Assembly: GCA_963665095.1 (NCBI GenBank)
Contig: OY762069.1
Span: forward strand, 3,072,001 to 3,136,000
Reading direction: 5' to 3'
DNA from: an uncultured Desulfobacter sp.
GTDB lineage: Bacteria > Desulfobacterota > Desulfobacteria > Desulfobacterales > Desulfobacteraceae
Length of the DNA: 64,000 nucleotides
Position 1 is the stretch's first letter; every line of letters starts with the position of its first letter. Both the position numbers and the translations under genes were made by a program. This document shows, piece by piece, positions 1 through 10,815 of this stretch. The notes under the pieces are model-generated. The model was not told where the DNA came from. It was given only the letters and a program-made list of their open reading frames with translations, and did not search any database.

Positions 1-246
1 CACAAAAAATAATAGGGGACAGGGAGGAGTATACTTTGAATTTACAAACTGTACCTTAATATCATGCCGGATAATATATGCGAATACTCAGTGTATCTGA
101 AGTGAAGGCATTGACCCTGGTAAAAGACATGATAAAATCAAACCCGCCAGCAACCCTGAACCGGGAAAGGCGCTGAGACTTTAATGCAAAACATTTGCCC
201 GGAATATGAATATACCGCAAACATCCGGCCGAAACAGGACAACGTT

Positions 247-2567
247 ATGACTGATTCATTACAATATATTCAAAAGATGCTCCAGGAGCACTATGACATC
301 CATGCCAATCTCACCCGGCTGTCCGGGGAAAACGAAAACTACCTGGTCAGGGATGACAGGGAAAGATCCTGGGTCCTCAAGCTGTCGGACAGTGACACGC
401 CCTCAGGCATTGCCGAACTGGAGCATCTGGCAGTGGAATCTCTCATTGATGCCGGGCTTGACCTGGGTCTGCCCCGGGTGATTCCCACCAGGGAACAAAA
501 GATCCAGGCCACGTTCACCACGCCGGCAGGGACCGTATATAAAGGACGGCTTCTGGCCTTTGTAAAGGGCGTCCCCTGGTGTTCTTCTGTCCCGGCACCG
601 GACAGCCGCCTTGAGGACCTGGGCCGGGTGACCGGGAAACTCACAAAGGTCCTGTCGGCCCTTGTCCATCCGGCATCCGGCCGGACCCATGCCTGGGACC
701 TGGCCTGTGCCCACCAGCACCGTGCTTCCATTAACTCCATTGAAAATCCTGCCAGACAGGCCATGCTCGAACAGATTTTCCTCTGGTTTGAGGCCATTGT
801 CCAGCCGGCCCTGCACAGGCTTGACCACGGCCCCATTCACGGGGACCTTAACGATGACAATATCCTGATTTCAGACAATCGTGTGGCCGGTATCCTTGAT
901 TTTGGCGACTGCCTGGACAACCCCCTGGTATGCGATCTGGCCATCGCCCTTGCCTACCATACCCTGGATGAGCCTGATCCCCTGACAGCCGGGGCCAAAA
1001 TCGTCAGGGGATACCATCAGGTAAGACCCCTGACCACCCTGGAAACAGAGCTTCTTTTTCCTTTGATGTGCGCAAGGCTTGCCGTATCCGTACTGATTTC
1101 ATCCCGGCGCCGACAGATTGATCCGGGTCGGGAGGCCTGGTTTGTGTCGGAAGAACGGGCATGGAAAAAACTTGAATATTTCTCTGCATTCTCCCCAGTT
1201 GCAGCGGCCCGGACCCTGGCGTCAGAGGTCAGCCAGCCCCCCTGTCCCAAACCATACCCGCCCCGGGGTCTTGCCGGTGAGATCCTGGCAGAGAAACGAA
1301 AGACCTGTATCGCACCATCATTGTCGGTCTCCTATCACCGCCCCCTTAAAATTGATCGGGGCCGGGCCCAGTTTTTATACGATGAAGCAGGCAACCCCTT
1401 TCTGGATCTTTACAACAATGTCTGCCATGTGGGGCACTGCCATCCCCATGTGGTGGCAGCCGGACAAAAACAGATGGCCGGCTGAACACCAATACCCGGT
1501 ACCTGTATGACGGGCTTACCAGCTATGCCGCCAAGCTGACCGCCACCCTGCCCCCGCCTCTGGACACCTGCTTTTTTGTCAACTCCGGCAGTGAAGCCAA
1601 TGAGCTGGCACTGCGCATCGCAAAAACCATCACCGGCTGCAGGGATGTCCTGGTAACAGACAATGCCTATCATGGTCATACCCAGGCCATGATCCATATC
1701 AGCCCTTACAAATTTATGGGCAAAGGTGGTGCAGGCAAACCTGAGCCATGGGTCCATGTGCTTCCGGTACCTGACGGATACCGAGGTATATTTAAAGGCC
1801 AGGGCCCCTCCACAGGCAGGGCATACGCAGATCAGGTAAAAGAAATCCTGGATCGCCTGGGCCATCCGGTGGCGGCCTTTATCACTGAAACGCTTCTTTC
1901 CTGCGGGGGGCAGGTGATACCGCCAGCCACCTATCTCAAACAGGTATTTGCCCATGTGCGCGAAAAGGGCGGCCTTTGCATCTGTGATGAGGTGCAGACC
2001 GGGTTCGGGCGTACCGGAGAGTATTTCTGGGCCTTTGAAGGCCAGGATGCAGTGCCGGACATTGTTGTCATCGGCAAACCCATGGGAAACGGGCATCCCA
2101 TGGGTGGTGTGATAACGTCAAAAGCCATTGCCGAACAATTTGCCAACGGCATGGAATTTTTCTCCACCTTTGGCGGAAATCCGGTATCATGTGCCATTGG
2201 TACGGCAGTTTTAGAGGTGATTGAAAAAGAGAACCTGATGGATAGGGCAAAATCGGTGGGAGCACACATGCTCGACGCTCTGATGCCTTTAAAGCAGCGT
2301 CATCAACTGATTGGCGATATACGGGGCACTGGCCTGTTTGTGGGCATTGAACTGGTGTGGGACCGCAACACCCTGGCACCGGCCCCGGAGGCGGCCAAAC
2401 AGGTAGTCAATCAGCTAAGGGACCATGGCATTCTAACCGGGACAGACGGCCCTTTTGACAATGTGATTAAAATCAAGCCGCCCATGGTCATTACCCGGGA
2501 TGATGCAGATATGTTTGCCCGGGTTCTTGACCGGATTTTAGCCGGCATCAGCCCATCTGCTGCATGA
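247..2567 (+). pseudogene. Frameshifted fusion of an APH/hydroxylysine-kinase-like phosphotransferase and a class III PLP aminotransferase/phospho-lyase
   Basis: ORF 184-1485 has kinase motifs HGDLNDDN and DFGD, then the class III start YNNVCHVGH. Adding one C at GCC^GG (~1480) restores QMARLNTNTRYLY and joins it to ORF 1689-2567 (DEVQTGFGR, GKPMGNG). The frameshift may be a sequencing error. Confidence 0.8.
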
Positions 2568-2685
2568 CAATTATATCTGGCTAAACTTGACGAAACAGCT
2601 TCTGATACACACACTTTAAGATGATTATACAGGTATTTTTACCAGGCAGAAACCCATTTTCCCAATGCAAAAAAGGAGCGTTACC

Positions 2686-3033
2686 ATGGAAAAAACCGTA
2701 TTGTTCGCATTCCGCGGAGACCCGCTATGCTTCATCCACGTATTGCTTAACAGCCTTGATTTGAAAGAACGGGGCCGGGAGGGCCTGATCGTGCTGGAAG
2801 GAGAATCCGTAAAACTGGTGGGTCCCATGTCCGAACCGGGACATTTTCTGAATCCCCTTTATAAAAAAGCCAAAGCAGCCGGACTCATTTATGGCGCTTG
2901 TAAAGCATGTGCAACCAAGCTTGGGGCTTTGGAACCTATTGAAAAAGAAGGAATCCCCCTGGTGGGAGATATGGCCAACCATCCGGCCATGGGCGAATTC
3001 ATTGAAAAAGGCTATCAGGTGATCACCTTCTAA
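2686..3033 (+). CDS. DsrE-like small cytoplasmic protein
   Basis: AGGAG RBS before ATG 2686; CFIHVLLN, ACKAC and GYQVITF motifs typical of DsrE-like proteins. Confidence 0.7.
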   Translation: MEKTVLFAFRGDPLCFIHVLLNSLDLKERGREGLIVLEGESVKLVGPMSEPGHFLNPLYKKAKAAGLIYGACKACATKLGALEPIEKEGIPLVGDMANHPAMGEFIEKGYQVITF

Positions 3034-3170
3034 GCCCTGTTTTCGCCCGGATCTGTCCAGACCTGGATTCAATGAATGATGCCGTTCATCACAGAACCGG
3101 TAATATCTGTGCACTTATACGTCATCTGTAGCCTGAATCCCCGGACTGCATAAAACAATCAAACACTGAA

Positions 3171-3206
3171 AAAGCCCTGCGGACATGACAACATCCACAG
3201 GGCTTT
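3171..3206. terminator. Intrinsic terminator hairpin between convergent genes
   Basis: AAAGCCCTG...CAGGGCTTT inverted repeat between the DsrE-like gene and the etfA 3' end. Confidence 0.65.
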
Positions 3207-3258
3207 GTATACTTACCGCAAAATCTGAATACCAGCAGGGTATCAGATGATTGCTGGT

Positions 3259-4223
3259 TTAAAGTTCTTCAATGGCTTCCTGAAGCGCCGGCATAAACTC
3301 AAGGATATCTTCCACAATACCGACATCAGCCACCTGGAAAATAGGTGCTTTGGGGTTCTTATTCACGGCAACGATAAAGGGGTTACCCTTGATGCCGCCC
3401 ATGTGCTGGAAGGAACCGGAAATACCCATGGCCATATAAACTTTAGGTTTAACAGTCTGGCCGGAGGTGCCGACCTGACGGATTTTTCAAGCCATTTGGC
3501 GTCAACAATGGGACGGGAGCAGGAAACAACAGCGCCCATGGCGTCAGCCAGTTCCTGGGCGATTTCAATGTTGTCCTCATCTTCAATACCACGACCAATG
3601 GATACCAGAACGTCAGACTTGGTAATGTCCACATCACCCACTTCTGCTTCAACCACTTCCAGAAAGGTTCTCTTGGCAGCAAGATCACCGGCATCACCGG
3701 ATTTGTCAACCACGGAGCCACCGGCACTGGCGTCAACAGGCGCGAATGCACCCGGACGGATGGTGATGACAGCACCTGCAGCAACATCGCAGGTTACATG
3801 GGTGGAAACCGCACCGCCCAGTTCCTGACGAACCAGTTTCAAAGTGGTGCCGTCCATGCCTTCGAAATCAACCACGTCTGCAGCATAGGCGGACTCAAGT
3901 TTAATGGAAAGACCCGGGGCCAGGTCCATGCCGAATGTATCATGGGCAACCAGGACAATGGCGTCAGCCGGAATAATAGCGGCCAGGGCTTTTCTGACTA
4001 CTTCCGCATTGGGATATGCCATGGCGGCATTATCAATTTTGATAACTTCTGAATAGGTTTTGGTCAGTTCCTGGGCTACTTTATCGAGATCTGCGCCTGA
4101 GCCAGTGACAACAGCGGTGAGAGATGCGCCGGCATCAATCTTTTTTGCAGCATCCGGGAACTCAAGCGCCACATCTTCGGCCACCCCGTTTTTAAAAGGA
4201 ACATATGCAAAAATCTGTGTCAT
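3259..4223 (-). pseudogene. etfA: Electron transfer flavoprotein alpha subunit, frameshifted
   Basis: GRGI...CSRPIVD motif. Adding one C at TCC^GTC (~3480) restores SRQVGTSGQTVKPKVYMAMGISGSFQHMGG and runs to a stop at 3259. Probably a sequencing error. Confidence 0.88.
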
Positions 4224-4225
4224 GA

Positions 4226-5011
4226 TTAAAGTCCTCCTTTGGCTTTCAGCTTCTCAATCAGTTTTTCAATAATCTCGTCGGTGGAGCCTTCAAGCATTTC
4301 AGCGCCATCGCCCAGATCCGGTACAAAATAATCCACGCGTTTGGTCTTGGCACCGGCTTCACCCACAGCGCCTGCATCAACACCGAGATCTCCTGCACCC
4401 TTCACAGGAATCTCAACACTGGCCACCTTACGGATACCGCGGATACCCACGTAGCGGGGTTCGTTGATACCAGTCTGGATGGAAAGCACGCAGGGCAGCT
4501 CAATCTCGTTCATTTCCTGATTGCCGCCTTCAATTTCCCGGCCCACTTTGATCTTTCCGTCCGCCGGTTCAATCTTGTTCACCAGAGAGGCATAGGGGTA
4601 ATCCAGCATGGCTGCCAGCATACCGCCCACCTGGCCGGCGCCTTCATCGGCCTGGGCACCGGTGAGAATCAGGTCATACTTGCCTTTTTCAACTTCAGCT
4701 TTGAGGATGGTGGCAATACCCTTGCCGTCAGAGCCTTCAAATGCGTCATCGGACAGGAGCACGCCATTGTTGGCGCCCATGGCCATCTCGCGTCTCAGGA
4801 CCTCTTCAGCCTCATCATCACCCACAGTTACAACAGTCACATTGCCGCCCAGGTTGTCAACAATCTGGATAGCTTCTTCAACTGCATAATTGTCCCACTC
4901 ATTTACAGAATAGACCAGATCGTCACGGTCCAGATCATTTCCTGCAGAATTGAGTTCAAATTCGTTCTCAGCAGTATCTGGAACGCGTTTGACGCACACC
5001 AAAATTTCCAT
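4226..5011 (-). CDS. etfB: Electron transfer flavoprotein beta subunit
   Basis: VCVKRVPD, YAVEEA and NEPRY motifs; GGAGG RBS. Confidence 0.95.
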   Translation of the reverse strand: MEILVCVKRVPDTAENEFELNSAGNDLDRDDLVYSVNEWDNYAVEEAIQIVDNLGGNVTVVTVGDDEAEEVLRREMAMGANNGVLLSDDAFEGSDGKGIATILKAEVEKGKYDLILTGAQADEGAGQVGGMLAAMLDYPYASLVNKIEPADGKIKVGREIEGGNQEMNEIELPCVLSIQTGINEPRYVGIRGIRKVASVEIPVKGAGDLGVDAGAVGEAGAKTKRVDYFVPDLGDGAEMLEGSTDEIIEKLIEKLKAKGGL

Positions 5012-5194
5012 CATTGCCTCCTTAAACATTCAAGGTTATGACCTGCCGGATGTTTATGCAAAACAGTCCGGCAGATGTCTATAGTTAAGCGCCGGTTCTC
5101 ATTGAAAGCATCCGACAGTGTAGCGGAAGCTTTATATCTTTATATTGTGAACCGGTCCGTCATCATAAAAGAATCTGGACACGGTCCATAACCG

Positions 5195-7264
5195 TTATGC
5201 AAGATGATCTTCAATCAGTTCTGTAAAATCTAGAGCTTCCATCTCGCCTTCCTTTCCAGCCACTTTAATGGCATCCTGGATATTCACCAGACAGAAAGGA
5301 CAGGCAGTGACAATGACATTGGCCCCGGCTTCAGCGGCCATATTCACCCTTAAAACACCCATGCGGGTCTCTTCTTCGGGTTCATAAAACAGCATCAGAC
5401 CACCGCCGCCGCAGCAGAAGGAGCGGTCACGGCTCTTTTCAAGTTCCACACGGGTCAGGCCGTCAATGGCGTCCAAGGCCTGGCGGGGAGATTCGTAAAT
5501 GCTGTTGTGGCGGCCCAGGTAACAGGGATCATGGTATACATATACCTTGTCCGGATGTTTGCACGGTTTCATGGAAAGTGCGCCGGACTGGATCTTTTCT
5601 GCCACAATCTCGCTGATATGTTTGACCGGGGGAAGTCCCTTGTAATCATTTTTCAAGGCATTGAGGGCATGTGGGTCCGCGGTCACGATCTGCTTTACAC
5701 CCGATTCCAGGATGGCCTCGGTGTTCTGTCCTTTAAGATCCTGATACAGCATCTCCTCACCAAACCGGATGACTTCGTTGCCGCTGTCCTTTTCATCCTT
5801 TCCCAGGATACCGAAATCCACACCGGCTTTTTCCAGAATAATGGAGGTCCTGCGGGCAATCTCCTGAATATTGTCGTCATAGGAGGTAATACTGTCAACA
5901 AAGTAGAGGGTATCGGCACTCTCTTCACCAAGGTCTTTAACCTTATGGGCTTCGGCAAAGGTTTTTTCGCTGGCCCATTCCGCCCGTTTCTTTTCCATTT
6001 TACCGTAAGGATTACCGCGTTTTTCAAGGGCTTTAAGGGGTTTCTGCAGGGACTGGGGAACCATCCCCTCATCCACCATACCACGGCGCATGTCCACCAT
6101 CTTGTCGATATATTCGATACCCAGCGGACACTCCTGTTCACAGGCCCCGCAGGTGGTACAGGACCATATTTCATCCTCTGTATAGATGTCTTCTACCAGC
6201 AGTTTGTCGGATTTATAAATTACGCCGGATTTGATGGGATAATTCTTAAAAATAAGATCCCTTGCCTTGATGGTGATAAACCGCGGAGAAAGCGGGCGTC
6301 CTGCAGCATTGGCAGGGCACTGATCAGAACAGCGGCCGCAGTCGGCGCAGGAGTAGAAATCCAGCATGTGTTTCCAGGTAAAGTCCTCCAGCTTTTTAAC
6401 GCCAAAGGATTCCAGGCTGTCCAGCTCTTCGTCGGACACACCGTATTTCACCGGCTTGATATTGCCTTTTTTCACGCGCATGAAAAAAACGTTGAAAATG
6501 GAGGTAATAACGTGGAAATGCTTGCCCATGGGTAAAAAGCACAGAAAGAAGAAAAAGGTGATGTCATGCACATAGTACATAATGAGGTGCAGGGCCTGGA
6601 GCAGCCCCAACGGGGCAGCCCCCAGAAGTTTTGAAAAAATCCAAACCAGGGAGAGAGGCGCCAGGAAATGGGATTCGCCAAGCACCTGGTGGTTGTAGGC
6701 AATCTCTGAAGCTTCAAACATACTTTCTGAAATCATCAGGGTGGAAATGATACCAAGCACGAAAACCGCTTCTGCAGTATGGTCATGACCGTATTTGGCA
6801 GGCACGGCATAGCGGGCCGGCTTGATAATACCGCGGCGGATGGCGGCGATAATACAGGCGATAAGCACGGCGGTTGCGGCATAGTCTTTAATAAAATTGT
6901 AGACTGCGCCGACGGGCCCATCAAACCCGGGCAGAACAAATCCGTCAGACAGCCCGATGACCACAAGGCTGGTTGACCGGATGGACAGAATCAAAAAACC
7001 GGCAAAGATAACGATGTGTAATACACCTGCCAGCATGTATCTGGGCTGACGGATCTGCCCCAGCCATACCACGATCAGATTTTTTATCCGCGCAGGGATA
7101 TTGGAAAAGCGATAGTCCGGATTCGCCCGGACTAAGGGCGCAATTCTTCTTGCCATAATGTAGGCAAATGCACCCACACCAATGATCGGCAAAAGAAAGG
7201 AAAAAATCACCGTTGGAAAGAACCCGAACAACAAATAGCTTGCCGGACCAATAATCATAGACAT
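5195..7264 (-). CDS. Membrane Fe-S oxidoreductase (FadF / ETF:menaquinone oxidoreductase-like)
   Basis: N-terminal TM helices, two CxxCxxCxxxCP motifs and CCG domains (YHDPCYLGR, CCGGGGG); lies upstream of etfBA. Confidence 0.88.
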   Translation of the reverse strand: MSMIIGPASYLLFGFFPTVIFSFLLPIIGVGAFAYIMARRIAPLVRANPDYRFSNIPARIKNLIVVWLGQIRQPRYMLAGVLHIVIFAGFLILSIRSTSLVVIGLSDGFVLPGFDGPVGAVYNFIKDYAATAVLIACIIAAIRRGIIKPARYAVPAKYGHDHTAEAVFVLGIISTLMISESMFEASEIAYNHQVLGESHFLAPLSLVWIFSKLLGAAPLGLLQALHLIMYYVHDITFFFFLCFLPMGKHFHVITSIFNVFFMRVKKGNIKPVKYGVSDEELDSLESFGVKKLEDFTWKHMLDFYSCADCGRCSDQCPANAAGRPLSPRFITIKARDLIFKNYPIKSGVIYKSDKLLVEDIYTEDEIWSCTTCGACEQECPLGIEYIDKMVDMRRGMVDEGMVPQSLQKPLKALEKRGNPYGKMEKKRAEWASEKTFAEAHKVKDLGEESADTLYFVDSITSYDDNIQEIARRTSIILEKAGVDFGILGKDEKDSGNEVIRFGEEMLYQDLKGQNTEAILESGVKQIVTADPHALNALKNDYKGLPPVKHISEIVAEKIQSGALSMKPCKHPDKVYVYHDPCYLGRHNSIYESPRQALDAIDGLTRVELEKSRDRSFCCGGGGLMLFYEPEEETRMGVLRVNMAAEAGANVIVTACPFCLVNIQDAIKVAGKEGEMEALDFTELIEDHLA

Positions 7265-7421
7265 ACTGACTTACCTCCCATTATTTGAGTAATGAATTCA
7301 GGCTCACAGAGCTTTAGTAAACATCGTCGTTGCCGTCAAGCAAAAAGCCCACGTCACTAAATATTTACCGTTTAAAAACTGTATGGGATTTATTCCCTTT
7401 TGCCTTGCAGCCAACAAAGCG

Positions 7422-8006
7422 TCAGGATCCCCTGACTCCTGTCATATACAGATCCACCAAAGGGTCTGCCATGGTCACCAGATCATAGCGCCCATGGGCA
7501 TTCACCCAGGTAGAGATCACCCCTTCCACCGCTCCAAGGATAAACCGCTTGACCAGTCCCACGAAAAGATCCTGGCGCATGGTTCCCTCAATCTGACCCT
7601 GCTCTATAATATCGGATAAAAGATCAAGGTACATCTTTGAAATATCCTTGATCTGTGACTCAATATCCCTTAAATATCTTACTTCGGATTGAAAAATGAT
7701 GGCCATGTTTTTATCGCTTTGAAATTCTTCAAGGTGGCAGCGGATCAGATTTCTCAACTTGCTTTCCGCATCGGTTCCCTTAACCACGGCCGCGTTCATT
7801 TTTTTAAACACAACATCTGTTTTAAAGCTGATAAACTGATAAAGAATATCGTCCTTATTCTTAAAGTAGAGATACAAGGTGCCGTCTGCCACACCTGCCC
7901 TGGCAGCAATCTGCGAGATTGTGGCTTTATAGAACCCATGTTCGGCAAACACGGCTCCGGCGCTGTTTAAAATATTGTGGTATTTCTCGGACTTATTCTT
8001 TTGCAA
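7422..8006 (-). CDS. TetR-family regulator (Bacillus FadR/YsiA-like)
   Basis: HTH IAARAGVADGTLYLYFKNK; likely TTG start at 8006 after an AGGAG RBS. Confidence 0.88.
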   Translation of the reverse strand: MQKNKSEKYHNILNSAGAVFAEHGFYKATISQIAARAGVADGTLYLYFKNKDDILYQFISFKTDVVFKKMNAAVVKGTDAESKLRNLIRCHLEEFQSDKNMAIIFQSEVRYLRDIESQIKDISKMYLDLLSDIIEQGQIEGTMRQDLFVGLVKRFILGAVEGVISTWVNAHGRYDLVTMADPLVDLYMTGVRGS

Positions 8007-8029
8007 CCTGTTGATCCTTCTCCTGCTAA

Positions 8030-8045
8030 ATGAATAATGGTTCAT
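8030..8045. promoter_or_regulatory. Putative TetR operator ATGAA-N6-TTCAT (other copies at 8202-8217 and, degenerate, 7292-7307)
   Basis: Palindromes ATGAATAATGGTTCAT, ATGAACATCCATTCAT and ATGAATTCAGGCTCAC lie upstream of the tetR and oxidoreductase genes. Confidence 0.55.
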
Positions 8046-8536
8046 CCATCTAACATTAGATCCGCGCAAATGTCAAGCCCTGTAATAATTTTCAAAACAG
8101 AAGTAACCATGACAATATATTCAATACTTACAAGATATTAAAAAATATATATTATACCACATTCAAACCCGCCTGCCCGCATGTCCCTTCTTGACGGAGA
8201 CATGAACATCCATTCATTTCAACTTTTCCTGTACACCCTAAATATGCGCGCGGATATCTAGGTGATTCAACTAAATCCAGTTGCGCATTGTCCGGGATTT
8301 CTTCCTTTTAACTGCCCCCGAATTTACCTATACCATTTAATCAGCATGGAACAAGGTTAAATATGATTATTTTATAGCTATGAGTGCTGTCAAGAAAAAA
8401 ATTGCTCCTGTAAAAATAAAATAGAGGCTCATTTCTTTTATTGAACTTGATTTTAGGTTATTTTAATGTAAAAAAAATTAAGATTCCTAACCATTCTTAA
8501 AGAGCAATATCTTAATACATACGGGAGGATTTCATC

Positions 8537-9823
8537 ATGACCCATCTACAATCCGAAGAATACTGCAAACTATTAGATTATGGCAGACCCCCAAATATTA
8601 AAAAATGTTTTCCAAACTCCAAAGCGCTGATTGTCAGCGGTAAGTATGTTGACCGGGCCATGCTGGCCAAGGGCAGTTGCATGACCATTGCCGCAAACGG
8701 CAGAAATGCGTTTATCATTAAAGGTGCCCTGGCAGCAGCCCAGCGGGCCAATGCCGCCATTATCATTGAAATTGCCAGGTCCGAGGGTGGAACCGGTGCT
8801 TACTGCGCCACTTCCCTGTGGAATATTGCCCGCCAGACCGATGCATACATGAATGAAATGGGCATTACAGTTCCCGTAGCCATCCATGCCGACCATTTCG
8901 GCATCAAAAAACCCGAAGATGTCGAACCGGCCAAAACTGAAATCCGCTCTTTATTTGACGCCGGCATTACCTCCATTGCCATTGACGCCTCCCACATGCC
9001 TGATGACCAGAATCTTCTGGCCAATATTGAACTGTATCCCCAAGTGCCTGAATGGGCCGGCCTTGAAACCGAAGTGGGTGAAATCAAAGGTAAAGAAGGC
9101 CTTTCAACATCCGAAGAGGCCCTGTACCTCATCCAGGGACTTAACGCCCACGGCATTTTTCCGGACTGGATTGCGTTGAATAACGGAACCACCCACGGCA
9201 TTGAACAAAGTGACGCCGGTATTAATGTGGCACTTACCGCCCAGATTCATGATGCACTGACGCCCTACGGTGTATCAGGTGCCCAGCATGGCACTTCAGG
9301 AAACAATTCCGACCGGCTGCGCCAGATCGCCAAAGAGACCCGGACCACCAAGGCCAATGTGGCAACCGCCCTGCAGATGATCTCCTGGGGATTGCGGGTC
9401 AACGATTACGGCAACGCCATCATGGATGACCAGGGCAACTTCACCAAAGAACCCGGCAAAGGGGTAACCCGGACCACCTGGGAAAAAATGTGCGCTTACG
9501 CCAATGCCAATGGCTGGAAAAAAGGCAATTTCAAAAAGCTGAACCTTCCCTTCGAAAACATGCTGCAGGCCCAGGATGCCCCGATTCGGGAACGGATGGT
9601 CAAAGGAGTGGAAGAGTTTATCTTTACACTGCTGACAACGGTATTCAATGCCTCAGACACCGCTGATATTGTGAATGCGACTATTATGGAGACCCAGTCA
9701 CACTTTCCCGGATTCAAGGCAGAAAAAATTGAGGCGGAAAATGAATGGACTAAAGAAAAAATAATTTCAAAAGCTTCCAAGATAACTGCGGATAAAGGCC
9801 CCGAAGGAGATTTTGATGATTAA
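8537..9823 (+). CDS. fba: Class II fructose-bisphosphate aldolase
   Basis: IHADH, IDASH, ETEVGEI, GTTHG, AQHGTSG and KANVAT motifs. Confidence 0.85.
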   Translation: MTHLQSEEYCKLLDYGRPPNIKKCFPNSKALIVSGKYVDRAMLAKGSCMTIAANGRNAFIIKGALAAAQRANAAIIIEIARSEGGTGAYCATSLWNIARQTDAYMNEMGITVPVAIHADHFGIKKPEDVEPAKTEIRSLFDAGITSIAIDASHMPDDQNLLANIELYPQVPEWAGLETEVGEIKGKEGLSTSEEALYLIQGLNAHGIFPDWIALNNGTTHGIEQSDAGINVALTAQIHDALTPYGVSGAQHGTSGNNSDRLRQIAKETRTTKANVATALQMISWGLRVNDYGNAIMDDQGNFTKEPGKGVTRTTWEKMCAYANANGWKKGNFKKLNLPFENMLQAQDAPIRERMVKGVEEFIFTLLTTVFNASDTADIVNATIMETQSHFPGFKAEKIEAENEWTKEKIISKASKITADKGPEGDFDD

Positions 9824-9834
9824 GGAATTTTTTC

Positions 9835-9862
9835 TAAAGTTTTAATTTCACCAGGCCGATAT
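9835..9862 (+). promoter_or_regulatory. Sigma-28 (FliA) promoter
   Basis: TAAA-N16-GCCGATAT upstream of the DVU0524-like/flgM genes. Confidence 0.75.
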
Positions 9863-9884
9863 TGGTTTTAAGGAGAAAATTAAA

Positions 9885-10307
9885 ATGCAGATTCCTTCAT
9901 ATCAAATACAAAATGTCTTGAAAGTGTATTCAAGACAATTCAGCCAGGGCAAACTGCTGAGCAAAAATAAATTCAGCGATGCCAACAAGGTTTCTGCGGA
10001 CAGTGTCAGTATCTCATCAGAAGGAAAACGGCAGGCCATTATCGATAAAGTTGCCAGCAATATTGTCGATAAAATTATTACAGAAGGCCCCAAGGAACAG
10101 GATGAGGCACAGATAACCGACCAGATTGAAAAAGAACTGGGCAAAAAAATTGATTTCACCAAAGGCAGGAATCAATTTACATACACCTCAGTTGATGAAA
10201 ACAATAATAAGGTTGTCCAGACCCTTTCCGTGGAAGACTCTCAGTTTGTTGTCGAAAGGATGACTGAACTGGCCCGCCAGGTGGCTGATACAAACATGGA
10301 ATCTTGA
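9885..10307 (+). CDS. DVU0524-family FlgM-associated protein
   Basis: YQIQNVLKVYSRQ and DSVSISSEGKR motifs; directly upstream of flgM. Confidence 0.7.
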   Translation: MQIPSYQIQNVLKVYSRQFSQGKLLSKNKFSDANKVSADSVSISSEGKRQAIIDKVASNIVDKIITEGPKEQDEAQITDQIEKELGKKIDFTKGRNQFTYTSVDENNNKVVQTLSVEDSQFVVERMTELARQVADTNMES

Positions 10308-10322
10308 GGGGGAGTGTTTAAT

Positions 10323-10628
10323 ATGAAAATCACAAATAACACACAGCAGTATATCAATCAAAGCTACGCTGCCAATAACACCAACACGGCTGTAAATACA
10401 CCGACAGATCAGGAAAAACAGCCGGAAGAGACTCTTTCTGACAGCATCAACCTGTCTTCCACCACCCGGGATCTTCAAAAAATTTCTGCGGCCGCGGACA
10501 CTGAAACAGAAGACAGAGCCCAAAAAGTCGAAGCGCTTAAACAGCAGGTTCAGGCCAATCAGTACACCGTAAACGCGGAACAGGTAGCAGAAAAAATGAT
10601 CGGGTCCATTGTGGATGGAATCGGCTGA
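10323..10628 (+). CDS. flgM: Anti-sigma-28 factor FlgM
   Basis: DSINLS...RAQKVEALKQQVQANQYTVNAEQVAEKMI. Confidence 0.9.
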   Translation: MKITNNTQQYINQSYAANNTNTAVNTPTDQEKQPEETLSDSINLSSTTRDLQKISAAADTETEDRAQKVEALKQQVQANQYTVNAEQVAEKMIGSIVDGIG

Positions 10629-10763
10629 TCTGGCGGCAGTTTTTTCCCTGTTTTGCAAACCAGACACCCTATTTTACATGAAGCCGCTTTTAATCCTATT
10701 GTAACATATTTATTTTAAATGAATTTTATAACAAAAAATATCAGGCAAGCCGAAATACTAAAA

Positions 10764-10781
10764 TCGGCATACTTGTTGCAT
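10764..10781 (+). promoter_or_regulatory. Sigma-54 -24/-12 promoter
   Basis: CGGCATACTTGTTGCA (GG-N10-GC) upstream of ORF 10816. Confidence 0.6.
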
Positions 10782-10815
10782 TGTTTCTTCTTTAAGAAAA
10801 ATAAAGGAGGGCAAA

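Noticed and set aside
5507..6535. Long antisense ORFs (this one, 42891-43871, 44589-45578, 48412-49212 and others)
   Set aside because: They are shadow frames opposite well-supported genes and carry no motifs.
8244..8288. Imperfect hairpin in the tetR-fba intergenic region
   Set aside because: It has many mismatches and matches no RNA family I recognise.
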